From a bacterium (GTDB lineage: Bacteria; Verrucomicrobiota; Verrucomicrobiia; Limisphaerales; UBA8199): a stretch of 64,000 bases of DNA. Numbering within the stretch: position 1 is the first letter of the stretch; each line of letters opens with the position of its first letter. The stretch covers positions 14,167-78,166 of the forward strand of contig JAJYHY010000001.1 in NCBI GenBank assembly GCA_021784555.1, read 5' to 3'. Of this stretch, positions 7,457 to 16,188 are shown piece after piece. Below the pieces are notes generated by a model, which made no database searches, was not told the origin of the DNA, and worked only from the letters and a program-made list of their open reading frames with translations. A program made the translations under genes and the position numbers.

Positions 7457-9670
7457 CTACTTGCACAGCACCAGAACGCGCAAGCGTTTCGCGATATAGC
7501 TCCCCGCGTTCCCGGCAAAGGTCCAGTCCGGGTTGCCGCCGTGCTGGTTGCCAATACCGAGGTCGGCGTGGCTGCCTTCGCTCCAATGATTCAGGGCGAA
7601 GAGCGTCTGCCGCGCGGCGTGATTATGGACCTGCATGCACCCGTAACCATTTGCCGGGTCAGTCGGCTGATCGCCAAAATCATAAACCTGGGAGGATGCA
7701 TGCGGGACGTGCGCGGCGTTTTCCGGCCCATAGTTGTTGGGCCAGTACTCGATGTTGCCGCCCTTCAGATTCGTGCCCTGCGCTACCCCACGCACATTGG
7801 AATAGACATCCATGCCGGATACATCCTGTTGGAAATGCGCCCCTGAGGCGTAAGTGGGGATACCCATTTTGGCCAAGTCCTGGGTGAAAGCATCCATCGA
7901 GACATAAAGATAATCTGTGGCGCCATTCTTGCCTTGCAGTTCCAGGAAATAGGCGATGCGCTTCACCGGCCCGGCAATCTTGGCGCGATTATCGATGTCG
8001 TAATGGATGTCCGGCCCCAGCTTTGCGAGATCGAGATCATAGAGCACCTGGTAATCTTTGGTTTCCGGCACTTTCATCTCGAGCAGATCGCGTTTCGGCG
8101 CGTGGCCAGCCCGGAACGCGCTTGCGGGCAGCCCCGCCCCATTTTCCAGGTTCGGCTCGGCAAACATGCTCCACGCAAACCGCATTGCCACCGGGTGCTC
8201 CACCTCGGGCGAGGAGAGCACGACCGAATCCCCCTCGATTTGAGCGTCGGCGTTTACAAAGCCCCCCTCGTCACGATCAATAACCTCAAACCAATCGAGC
8301 GGCTTTCCATCGCGGCTTTTCAGAGCGCCGTCGGCATGGTTGAACGTGACCCGCAGCTTGTCGCCCTCGACGTCCATCGACTTAAAGGTCGGGCCGGAGC
8401 AGACCAGCGAGCCTTCGCCATAAGTCTTGGCCAGGGCCAGCAACGCCAGACGGCGCCCGACCTCCTGTTTGTTCTTCGGATGAATGTCTTTGACGTTGCC
8501 AATGTCATTGATAACCGCCATCCCGCAGTCTGGAATCTCTGTTGCCGCCGCCGCCTGCGCTTCCCAGAACTCGCCCATGACTTCCGGGTCGCCGCCATAG
8601 TTGAACGGGGCGATTTGCACGAAATAGAACGGGAAATTGCCTTCATCCCAGAGCTCGCGCCAACCGCGCACCAGCGCCTTCATGTGCTCGGTATAGAGCC
8701 TGCCCGTGCCGTAGTTGGACTCGCCCTGATACCAAATAGCCCCACGGATTGTAAATGGGCAGATGGGATGGATCATCCCGTTGTAGAGCGCGGTGGCCTG
8801 TTGCAGATCATGGACGGGGCGCAATTCGTCCGGATAGGTTGGCATCGCGGGGACGATTTGGTCCTGTTCCATGGCTTGACGCGCTGTGTCCAGCCACGTC
8901 CCCACCTTGTCGAGGAATTGGCCCAACCGTTTCCGATGAAGCGCGGTGGCCGGGTCGGCCAATTCGACGCGCTCGTATTCATGGCGCAGACTGGCAACCG
9001 AGGCGAACCCCTCCGGCGGCGTCCATGGCTCAATCCGCGTCCCGCCCCAGTCCGCCTCGATAAGGCCGATGGGGACGTGCAGCTTCTTATAAAGGTCCCG
9101 CCCGAAAAAGTAACCCGCGGCGGAGAAGCCGTTCCACCCGCCTTCGGCGATCGTCTTTGGCGAGCAGACCTTCCAGGAGGCAGGAGCAATATCGTTCTGC
9201 GCTTGAGCGGTCCACCGGTTCGGCACCATCAAGAGCCGAATTTTCGGATAATTGGCCGCCGCGATTTCCTCCTGGGCATTGTTGACCCGCCCGATGCCCA
9301 TCTCCATGTTCGATTGCCCCGAGCACAGCCACACCTCGCCCACCATTACGTCGTGAAACTCGACCGTGCTCGACCCGCTCACGCTCATCGTGTACGGACC
9401 ACCGGCCGAGAGCGCCGGCAGCTTCGCCTGCCATTCGCCCCTTGCGTTGGCCTTGGCTGTCGCCTTCTCCAAGGCCAGTTGTACCGTGACCGTCTCCCCG
9501 GGGTCCGCCCAGCCCCAAACCACCACCGGCTTTTCCTGTTGAATCACCATGTGGCTCGAAAATACCCGTGGCAACCGGACCTCCGCCCGGCCCGTCGAGG
9601 CGCAACTTCCCAGGGCCACAATCCCGGCCGCAACGCAGCCGGCCAATCGAATCAATTCTCGTGCTCTCAT
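7457..9670 (-). CDS. Sialate O-acetylesterase-like (SASA/DUF303) carbohydrate esterase, secreted
   Basis: VWLCSGQSNMEMG SGNH-type motif, signal-like N-terminus MRARELIRLAGCVAAGIVALGSCAS, and a long C-terminal extension. Confidence 0.85.
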   Translation of the reverse strand: MRARELIRLAGCVAAGIVALGSCASTGRAEVRLPRVFSSHMVIQQEKPVVVWGWADPGETVTVQLALEKATAKANARGEWQAKLPALSAGGPYTMSVSGSSTVEFHDVMVGEVWLCSGQSNMEMGIGRVNNAQEEIAAANYPKIRLLMVPNRWTAQAQNDIAPASWKVCSPKTIAEGGWNGFSAAGYFFGRDLYKKLHVPIGLIEADWGGTRIEPWTPPEGFASVASLRHEYERVELADPATALHRKRLGQFLDKVGTWLDTARQAMEQDQIVPAMPTYPDELRPVHDLQQATALYNGMIHPICPFTIRGAIWYQGESNYGTGRLYTEHMKALVRGWRELWDEGNFPFYFVQIAPFNYGGDPEVMGEFWEAQAAAATEIPDCGMAVINDIGNVKDIHPKNKQEVGRRLALLALAKTYGEGSLVCSGPTFKSMDVEGDKLRVTFNHADGALKSRDGKPLDWFEVIDRDEGGFVNADAQIEGDSVVLSSPEVEHPVAMRFAWSMFAEPNLENGAGLPASAFRAGHAPKRDLLEMKVPETKDYQVLYDLDLAKLGPDIHYDIDNRAKIAGPVKRIAYFLELQGKNGATDYLYVSMDAFTQDLAKMGIPTYASGAHFQQDVSGMDVYSNVRGVAQGTNLKGGNIEYWPNNYGPENAAHVPHASSQVYDFGDQPTDPANGYGCMQVHNHAARQTLFALNHWSEGSHADLGIGNQHGGNPDWTFAGNAGSYIAKRLRVLVLCK

Positions 9671-9679
9671 AAGGCTCCA

Positions 9680-9958
9680 CTACTTCGCTTTCTCCAGCGG
9701 ATGCGGGTATTTTCTCCTAAACCGGTTGCAGGAAGCGATGTCCGGCTTGCCTTGGTCGTTCTCCCACACCTCGTCATAGAGCGGTTCACGAGGAGGGGCC
9801 TTCAACGGATATTCCTTGAGGATTTGCCCCTTCTCATCCGCATCCACTTCAAAAAACTTCACCTTCTGGTTCCGGTTCCATCGGTTCGAGAGAACGACCA
9901 GTACCTTCCGCTTCTTCGCCTCTTTCTTGGCCATGACTTGTTTGCTTTGCTGCGTCAC
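9680..9958 (-). CDS. Small hypothetical protein (basic N-terminus), directly upstream of the esterase
   Basis: 92-aa ORF ending 9 nt before the esterase start, with coding-like codon usage. Alternative start MAKKEAKK at 9934. No family recognised. Confidence 0.5.
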   Translation of the reverse strand: MTQQSKQVMAKKEAKKRKVLVVLSNRWNRNQKVKFFEVDADEKGQILKEYPLKAPPREPLYDEVWENDQGKPDIASCNRFRRKYPHPLEKAK

Positions 9959-10086
9959 GGCCCTTGGCCGTGACCTCTTGTGTCTGCCACACGACTACCA
10001 AATCCGGCGTCCCCTTGTCCAGTGCTTCCCGACCTCCCACCGAATCACCATTGACTTCGGCGCGGAATCATCCACGCTCATGTAAT

Positions 10087-10521
10087 ATGCAATTGTCTAA
10101 TCTGTCATCGCAACAACTACGGAGAGCCGCCGATCTCAAGGAGAGGATCGACGCGCTGCAAGATGAACTGAATGAGCTCGTGGATGCCGCAGAGGCTGTC
10201 CCGATGGAGGCACCGGCCAGGCGGGGAGTTGCCAGCAGGCGCAAGAGCAGAGGCCAAGGCCGGGCGGCCCAAGGAGCGCCTCCGGTCGGAACAAGGCGTT
10301 CAGGACCCAGAGCTGACGGCCAACTCAGCACCAAAGCGGCTGTCCTCAAGGTGCTGGAGTCCGGCAAGGCCATGACCAAGAACGAGATCATCCAAAGAAT
10401 CTCGGCCTTGCGGGGAGGGAAGATCAATGCCGAGAGCCTCCATTCCAGGCTCTACGAGATGAAGACGAAGGACAGGACAATCGTCAGTCCTGAGCCTGGG
10501 GTTTACAAGCTGCGTGAATGA
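10087..10521 (+). CDS. Hypothetical protein: coiled-coil N-terminus, basic linker, possible winged-helix C-terminus
   Basis: ATG at 10087 (MQLSNLSSQQLRRAADLKERIDALQDEL). The upstream part of track ORF 9964..10521 overlaps the neighbouring gene and looks non-coding. Confidence 0.5.
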   Translation: MQLSNLSSQQLRRAADLKERIDALQDELNELVDAAEAVPMEAPARRGVASRRKSRGQGRAAQGAPPVGTRRSGPRADGQLSTKAAVLKVLESGKAMTKNEIIQRISALRGGKINAESLHSRLYEMKTKDRTIVSPEPGVYKLRE

Positions 10522-10573
10522 TGGCGTCCACTGGGTTCGGTAAATCTTGGTCGTGTTCAAGATTCCGAAGACA

Positions 10574-11665
10574 ATGCGGGCGGTCGTGTATCGCGGCGCG
10601 AATGATCTGCGTGTCGAGACCGTTCCGGTGCCGTCAATCCGGTCTGGCGAGGTGCTGGTCAAGGTCGCCGTCTGCGGTGTGTGCCCAACCGACATCAAGA
10701 AAATACACTTTGGAACGGTTCCGCCGCCGCGCATTTTCGGCCATGAAACCGCCGGGACAATCGTCCGGGTGGGGGCGAAGGTGCGCCGTTTCAAAGCAGG
10801 GGATCGAGTGGCGCTGCACCATCATGTGCCCTGCGGCGAATGCCATGCCTGCCGCCATCGCGCCTTTGCCCAGTGTGAACAATATAAACGCACCGGCATA
10901 ACAGCCGGTTTTGAACCCGCCGGGGGCGGCTACGCCGAATATGTGCGCGTGATGGACTTTGTCCTGCCCGGTGTGGTGAAGATCCCGGCGGGCAATTCGT
11001 TTCTTGAGGGCGCCATGCTCGAACCGGTCAACACCGTGCTCAAGGCGGTGAAACGCCTGGTCCTGCTGCCGGGAGACACTGTCCTGGTGGCCGGCCAGGG
11101 ACCTATCGGCCTTTTGTTCACTCGCTTGCTCACCTTGCGCGCCATGAAGGTCCTGGCCACGGACCTTTGGCCCTCCCGGCTTCGAGCGGCCCGCGACTTC
11201 GGCGCCTTGACCCCAGGCGACAGCCTGGACGACTCGGTCAAACAGTTGACCCATGGCCGCGGCCTCGATGCCGCCGTTATCGCCGTCCCCTTGGACGAGG
11301 TCGTGTTCCAAGCCCAGCAACTGGTGCGCGGCGGGGGCCAGATTCTGCTCTTTTCCCATACCCGGCGCGGCAGCCGGACGCCGCTGGACCTGGCCACCAT
11401 CTGTGTGGACGAAAAGGACTTCATCGGAAGTTACTCCGCCGATTACACCCTGCAAAATGAAGTCGCACGCCTGGTCTTCTCCCGCCAACTCGACACCCGC
11501 CGCCTGGTTACACACCAGCTCCCCCTGGAACAAACCGCCGCGGCGGTGGCTCTGGCCTCAAAGCCAGCCGCCGATTCGCTCAAGGTCGTTGTGCTTGCTT
11601 CGCCCGAGGGGGCGGAGCCACCGGCGGAGAGCCGCGCGCCAGTGACGAAGCGCCCGGTTAATTGA
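10574..11665 (+). CDS. Zinc-dependent alcohol/threonine dehydrogenase family (MDR) oxidoreductase
   Basis: MRAVVYRG...VKVAVCGVCPTDIKK...GHETAGTIVRVG...GQGPIGLL are MDR Zn-binding and Rossmann motifs. The track start at 10547 is a TTG. Confidence 0.9.
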   Translation: MRAVVYRGANDLRVETVPVPSIRSGEVLVKVAVCGVCPTDIKKIHFGTVPPPRIFGHETAGTIVRVGAKVRRFKAGDRVALHHHVPCGECHACRHRAFAQCEQYKRTGITAGFEPAGGGYAEYVRVMDFVLPGVVKIPAGNSFLEGAMLEPVNTVLKAVKRLVLLPGDTVLVAGQGPIGLLFTRLLTLRAMKVLATDLWPSRLRAARDFGALTPGDSLDDSVKQLTHGRGLDAAVIAVPLDEVVFQAQQLVRGGGQILLFSHTRRGSRTPLDLATICVDEKDFIGSYSADYTLQNEVARLVFSRQLDTRRLVTHQLPLEQTAAAVALASKPAADSLKVVVLASPEGAEPPAESRAPVTKRPVN

Positions 11666-11679
11666 GAATTGAGAATTAA

Positions 11680-11819
11680 CTCACATTTTGGCGATGAACT
11701 TGGGTCGGGCTCCCGCATGGACGCGACAATAAAATACGCGATCGCGTATTTTATTGTCGCGTGGCGAGGGATTGGGGAGTTTGTGGCTTTCCAAGACCAA
11801 GGTTACCGCCAAAATGTGC
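11680..11819. mobile_element. 140-bp MITE-like element with 12-bp TIRs, flanked by a 7-bp direct duplication
   Basis: TIRs are cacattttggcg (11682-11693) and cgccaaaatgtg (11807-11818). It is flanked by gaattaa (11673-11679) and gaattaa (11820-11826). Removing it restores gagaattgagaattaagaattga, the same array seen intact at 23861-23887. Confidence 0.6.
11722..11761. repeat. 40-bp perfect palindrome at the centre of the MITE-like element
   Basis: cgcgacaataaaatacgcgatcgcgtattttattgtcgcg equals its own reverse complement (checked base by base). Confidence 0.95.
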
Positions 11820-11853
11820 GAATTAAGAATTGAAAAGTGTAAATTGGCGCTAA

Positions 11854-13155
11854 ATGATGACTGATTACGCGCATTTTGGCAGAGACCAGCTCGTCGAACG
11901 ATTGCGCGCGCTCGAAACCGCTCCTCCTTCCACGCCTGAGGCGGGGCCAGCAGGGGCGAACGCAGCGGTTCCCCATGCGTTGCACGACAGCGAAGAACGG
12001 CTGCGGGCAATCCTGCGAACCGCCGTGGAAGGAATCCTCACGATTGACGAGCACGGCATTGTCGAGACCATGAATCCCGCGGCCGAGCGGCTTTTCGGTT
12101 GGCCGGCCGCGGAGGTCATCGGGCGGAACGTGAGCCTGCTTATGCCTTTGCCCTACGCGGAGGAGCACGACCGCTACATGAGCGATTATATGCGGACGGG
12201 CAAGGCAAAAATCATCGGCATTGGCCGGGAGGTCATCGGGCTCAAGAAGGACGGCACGACTTTCCCAATGGATTTGGCCGTGAGCGAAGTCCGGCTGGCC
12301 AATCGCCGGTTGTTCGCGGGGTTCATTCGGGACGTTAGCGAACGGAAACAGGCCGAGGACCGGCTGGCGGAGCTGGCGCGGACACTGGCCGAAAAGAACA
12401 AGGAGTTGGAGATCATCGTGTACGTCGCCTCGCACGACTTGCGCTCACCGCTGGTCAACATCCAGGGCTTCAGCCGGGAATTGGCGCATGCCTGCCGAGC
12501 CCTGCGCGCGCGCTTGGCCGCCTCCGGCCCCATTCCGGGGCTGGAGCCAATGCAATCGCTCCTGGATGGAGACATTGCCGAGTCGCTGGATTTTATCCAG
12601 GCCGGCGTGGCCAAGATCGACGCGCTGCTTTCGGGCCTGCTGCGCTACTCGCGCCTTGGCCGGGCCGCCTTGCGCATCGAGCCGTTGGACATGAACGACC
12701 TGCTGCGAAGCATCGCCAAGGCCATGGAATTCCAGTTCCAGCGCACCCCTGCCACCCTCCATCTTGCCCCCCTACCTCCTTGTCTTGGGGACGCGACCCA
12801 GCTCGGCCAGGTCTTTTCCAATCTCCTGGACAACGCCATCAAGTATCTCGACCCAAACCGGCCCGGTGTCATTTCGGTCAGCGGGCAGGTGCAACAGGGC
12901 CGCTCTATCTATTCGGTCCGCGACAACGGAATCGGCATCGCGCCCGAGCACCAGCCCCGAGTGTTCGAGATCTTCCACCGCCTCGATCCGTCGGCTGGCG
13001 AGGGCGAGGGATTGGGCTTGACCATCACCCAACGCAGCCTCGAACGGCAGAACGGCAAGATCTGGCTCGAATCCGAACCGGGCAAAGGCACCACGTTTTT
13101 CGTTTCCCTTCCGTACGCAAATGCAACCAAACCAGACGACCCATCGAATCTATGA
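11854..13155 (+). CDS. PAS-domain sensor histidine kinase (HisKA + HATPase_c)
   Basis: PAS region with SEERLRAILRTAVEGILTIDEHG, H-box YVASHDLRSPL, and N/G boxes NLLDNAIKY and GEGLGLTI. Confidence 0.9.
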   Translation: MMTDYAHFGRDQLVERLRALETAPPSTPEAGPAGANAAVPHALHDSEERLRAILRTAVEGILTIDEHGIVETMNPAAERLFGWPAAEVIGRNVSLLMPLPYAEEHDRYMSDYMRTGKAKIIGIGREVIGLKKDGTTFPMDLAVSEVRLANRRLFAGFIRDVSERKQAEDRLAELARTLAEKNKELEIIVYVASHDLRSPLVNIQGFSRELAHACRALRARLAASGPIPGLEPMQSLLDGDIAESLDFIQAGVAKIDALLSGLLRYSRLGRAALRIEPLDMNDLLRSIAKAMEFQFQRTPATLHLAPLPPCLGDATQLGQVFSNLLDNAIKYLDPNRPGVISVSGQVQQGRSIYSVRDNGIGIAPEHQPRVFEIFHRLDPSAGEGEGLGLTITQRSLERQNGKIWLESEPGKGTTFFVSLPYANATKPDDPSNL

Positions 13156-13610
13156 ACGCCACTCGTGAGGTCATTATCCTCATTGCCGAAGATGACGACG
13201 GCCACGCGCGCCTGATCGAAAAGAACCTGACGCGCGCCGGCCTTCACAATCGCATTGAGCGGTTCGACAACGGCCAATTCGTGCTGGACTTCCTGTTTCG
13301 CCGCGGGGCGGGACCGCACCGGGCGCCGGAGACCTCCTACCTGTTGCTGCTGGATATCCGCATGCCTCGCGTTGACGGGGTCGAGGTGTTGCGGCAGCTC
13401 AAGCAAGACCCAGAGTTGCGCAAGATCCCGGTCATCATGCTCACAACGACCGATGACCCGCGCGAAGTGGAGCGCTGCCACTCCATTGGCTGCTCCAGCT
13501 ACATTGTCAAACCGGTTGATTACGACAAGTTCGCCGAGGCCATCAAGAGTCTCGGCCTGTACATCTCCCTGGTCGAGGTGCCGGAGATTAACGGAGATCG
13601 ATTCAAATGA
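13152..13610 (+). CDS. Single-domain response regulator (REC only)
   Basis: VIILIAEDDDGHARLI...LLLLDIRMPRVDG...IPVIMLTTTDD. Its ATG overlaps the kinase stop (ATGA at 13152-13155). Confidence 0.9.
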   Translation: MNATREVIILIAEDDDGHARLIEKNLTRAGLHNRIERFDNGQFVLDFLFRRGAGPHRAPETSYLLLLDIRMPRVDGVEVLRQLKQDPELRKIPVIMLTTTDDPREVERCHSIGCSSYIVKPVDYDKFAEAIKSLGLYISLVEVPEINGDRFK

Positions 13611-13616
13611 CTCCTT

Positions 13617-15029
13617 ATGGGAGCGGGCGTTGAACAGAATCCTATCTTGATTGTGGATGACGATCGCGGATTGCTCCGCCTGATCGAAAAGGCGCTTCAG
13701 CGCGAGGGCTTCCCAACCGCCACCGCCTCCTCCGGCGAGGCGGCGCGGCAGTGGCTGGCGCGGAACCTGGCGGCCCTGATGCTGCTGGACCTCAAGCTCC
13801 AGGACGTGGAGGGACGCGAACTGATAGAAGGGCTGACCGCCGCCGGTCGCTGTCCCCCCTTCATTATCATCACGGGCCAGGGCGACGAGCGTGTGGCGGT
13901 GGAGATGATGAAGTGCGGGGCGATGGACTACCTTATTAAGGACGTCGATTTTCTCCAGTTTGTGCCAAACGTGGTCCGCCGCGCCTTGGAGCACCTCGAC
14001 CAGCAGCGGCGGTTGGTCGAGGTCGAGCAGCAGGTGCGCCTGATAAAGAGCGCGGTCGAGCAGGGCTTCAGCGCGGTGCTCATTACTAGCGCGGAACTGC
14101 CCGACCCGCGCGTCCTCTATATCAATCCCGCCTTCGCGCGAGCCACGGGCTATTCCGCGGCGGCCGTCGAGGGCCGGCCGCTCAGTTCACTCGCCGGCCT
14201 GGCGGGCATCCAGGAGCGGCTGCGCCGGGGCATACCCCAAAACCAGCGGTTTCTCGAGCACGTTGCCATCTACCAAACGCCCGGCGGAGAACGATGGGGC
14301 GAATGGCGGGTCGGGCCGGTGAAAGACAGGTCCGGCGCCATCACGCATTGGCTGATTATTCTCCGCGATATCACCGACTCGAAACGATTGGAGAAGGAAA
14401 TCCTCGAAATCAGCGACCGTGAGCGCCAGCGCATCGGCCAGGACCTGCACGACGGCCTGTGCCAGCACCTGGCGGGAATCGAATTGATGAGCCAGGCCCT
14501 TGAACAGAAACTCTCCGCCCGCTCAAAGGACGGCGCGGCGCGGGCAGGGGAGATCGCGCGCCACGTCCGCGATGTCATCGCCCAGACCCGCCGGCTCTCA
14601 CGCGGACTCTCGCCGGTCACGCTTCAATCCGAGGGCCTGGCCTCCGCGCTTGAGGAGTTGGCTGCTAATGCCGAGAAGATGTTCGGCATCCAATGCCGGG
14701 TCAACCGCGAAGACGCCGCCGGGGTTTGCGAGCTGCCGGTCGCTACCCACCTTTACCGCATCGCGCAGGAAGCGGTTTCCAACGCCATCAGACACGGCCA
14801 CGCCCGGACGGTACTCATTGAGCTGCGGCAAGCGGGGGAGCGCACGTTGCTGCGCGTGACCGATGACGGCTGCGGCTTTCCCAAGGAGCCGGGGGCGGCA
14901 GGCATGGGGCTGCGCATCATGCGCTCGAGGGCAGCAATGATTGGCGGTTTCCTGGCGATTGACTCGAGACCGCAAGGCGGTTCTGTGGTCACTTGCTCAG
15001 TTCCCGCCAAGGCGACGGCCTTGCCATGA
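13617..15029 (+). CDS. Hybrid REC-PAS-histidine kinase (HisKA_3/NarX-type core)
   Basis: N-terminal REC (ILIVDDDRGLL...MLLDLKLQDVEG), a PAS-like middle and the H-box ERQRIGQDLHDGLCQHL typical of HisKA_3. HATPase motif at GMGLRIMRSRA. Confidence 0.88.
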   Translation: MGAGVEQNPILIVDDDRGLLRLIEKALQREGFPTATASSGEAARQWLARNLAALMLLDLKLQDVEGRELIEGLTAAGRCPPFIIITGQGDERVAVEMMKCGAMDYLIKDVDFLQFVPNVVRRALEHLDQQRRLVEVEQQVRLIKSAVEQGFSAVLITSAELPDPRVLYINPAFARATGYSAAAVEGRPLSSLAGLAGIQERLRRGIPQNQRFLEHVAIYQTPGGERWGEWRVGPVKDRSGAITHWLIILRDITDSKRLEKEILEISDRERQRIGQDLHDGLCQHLAGIELMSQALEQKLSARSKDGAARAGEIARHVRDVIAQTRRLSRGLSPVTLQSEGLASALEELAANAEKMFGIQCRVNREDAAGVCELPVATHLYRIAQEAVSNAIRHGHARTVLIELRQAGERTLLRVTDDGCGFPKEPGAAGMGLRIMRSRAAMIGGFLAIDSRPQGGSVVTCSVPAKATALP

Positions 15030-15697
15030 ATCAGAAGGCTCAAGGCAAGAGGCGGATACTCGTTGTGGACGACCACCCGATGATGCGCCAGGGCTTGGCG
15101 CAATTGATCGGCAACGAGCCGGACCTGGCCGCCTGTTGCCAGGCCGAGAGCGCCGCGCAGGCGCTCGAGCAGGTTGCGGCGCGGAAGCCGGACTTGGTTT
15201 TGGTGGATCTCTCCTTGCCGGATAAAAATGGGCTGGAGCTCATCAAAGACCTCCAGGCCATGCACCCCGGTCTGCCCGTGCTGGTGTTCTCGATGCATGA
15301 GGAATCCGTCTATGTGGAGCGCGTCTTGCGGGCCGGGGGCCGCGGCTACATCATGAAGCAGGAGGGAGGCAAGCAACTCCTCCACGCCATCCGCCAAGTC
15401 TTGAGCGGACAGATCTACGTCAGCGAGAGAATGTCCGCGAAGATCCTTGAAATCTTTTCCGGCCGCAGGGCCGAGGTGAGCGACTCGCCCGTGGAACTGC
15501 TTACCGACCGGGAGTTCGAGATCTTCCAGCTTATTGGCGGGGGAATGGGCACTCGCGACATCGCCCAGCACCTGCATTTGAGCGTCAAGACCGTCGAAGT
15601 CCATCGAGCCAACATCAAACGCAAACTCAAATTGAAGAGCGGCGCCGATTTGGTGCGCTACGCCATCCGCTGGGAAGAAGCCCGGCATCCGTCCTGA
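15026..15697 (+). CDS. NarL/FixJ-family response regulator (REC + LuxR-type HTH)
   Basis: RILVVDDHPMMRQGL...LVLVDLSLPDKNG, C-terminal LTDREFEIFQLIGGGMGTRDIAQHLHLSVKTVEVHRANIKRKL. ATGA overlap with the upstream kinase at 15026-15029. Confidence 0.92.
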   Translation: MNQKAQGKRRILVVDDHPMMRQGLAQLIGNEPDLAACCQAESAAQALEQVAARKPDLVLVDLSLPDKNGLELIKDLQAMHPGLPVLVFSMHEESVYVERVLRAGGRGYIMKQEGGKQLLHAIRQVLSGQIYVSERMSAKILEIFSGRRAEVSDSPVELLTDREFEIFQLIGGGMGTRDIAQHLHLSVKTVEVHRANIKRKLKLKSGADLVRYAIRWEEARHPS

Positions 15698-15846
15698 CCC
15701 GAAGGCTCAAGATGGCTTTGGGTGGGCGTCTATGGCCGAAAGCGGCAGGCCGAAGTCGTAATTCGCAAATGCCGTAAATCGTTTGGCCTTGGCACGGGTT
15801 ACGTCCGTGGCATGCTTATAGAAAGCGACACACTGTTCGCCCCTGT

Positions 15847-16098
15847 ATGTTGATCGATTATATCCAGCACGCGTTGCGCCATGCGAGGCACGAGCTCATG
15901 GAAAACGGTCGCTGTTATGGCCACATCCCCGATTGCCCGGGAACATGGGGCGAGGGAGAGACGCTCGACCAATGCCGCGACGAGTTGCAGAGCGTCCTTG
16001 AGGATTGGCTGATGATCGCCTTCCGCTTTGGGGCTCGACTGCCCGTCATCGACGGTATTGACCTCAACCCCCAGGCATCCTATGCCAAAGCCGATTAG
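15847..16098 (+). CDS. hicB: HicB-family antitoxin-like protein
   Basis: GRCYGHIPDCPGTWGEGETLDQCRDELQSVLEDWL matches the HicB N-terminal domain pattern (yyGeIP.l.G..a.GeTleEc...L). Confidence 0.7.
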   Translation: MLIDYIQHALRHARHELMENGRCYGHIPDCPGTWGEGETLDQCRDELQSVLEDWLMIAFRFGARLPVIDGIDLNPQASYAKAD

Positions 16099-16120
16099 CC
16101 ACCGGGAGATGATTCATTAG
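16082..16120 (+). pseudogene. hicA: Truncated hicA stub (12 codons)
   Basis: ATG CCA AAG CCG ATT AGC CAC CGG GAG ATG ATT CAT TAG gives MPKPISHREMIH*. This resembles HicA N-termini (MPK.P..S.RE.I..L), overlaps the hicB 3' end as in hicBA pairs, and stops after 12 codons. Confidence 0.5.
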
Positions 16121-16188
16121 GTCAAGCAGCAGAAAAGCTTGACCGGATGGGCCGCGCGCCTGACTCCATCCTGCCCCTGTTCCCAGCC

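Larger units (their letters stand above)
6013..7495. mobile_element. Putative inserted cassette carrying an Rpn-like gene, bounded by 41-bp direct repeats
   Basis: Direct repeats at 6013-6053 and 7455-7495 match at 39/41 positions. The right copy is the last 12 codons plus stop of the esterase gene. The left copy encodes the same peptide (IAKRLRVLVQCK*) but is not attached to any gene. Confidence 0.5.
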
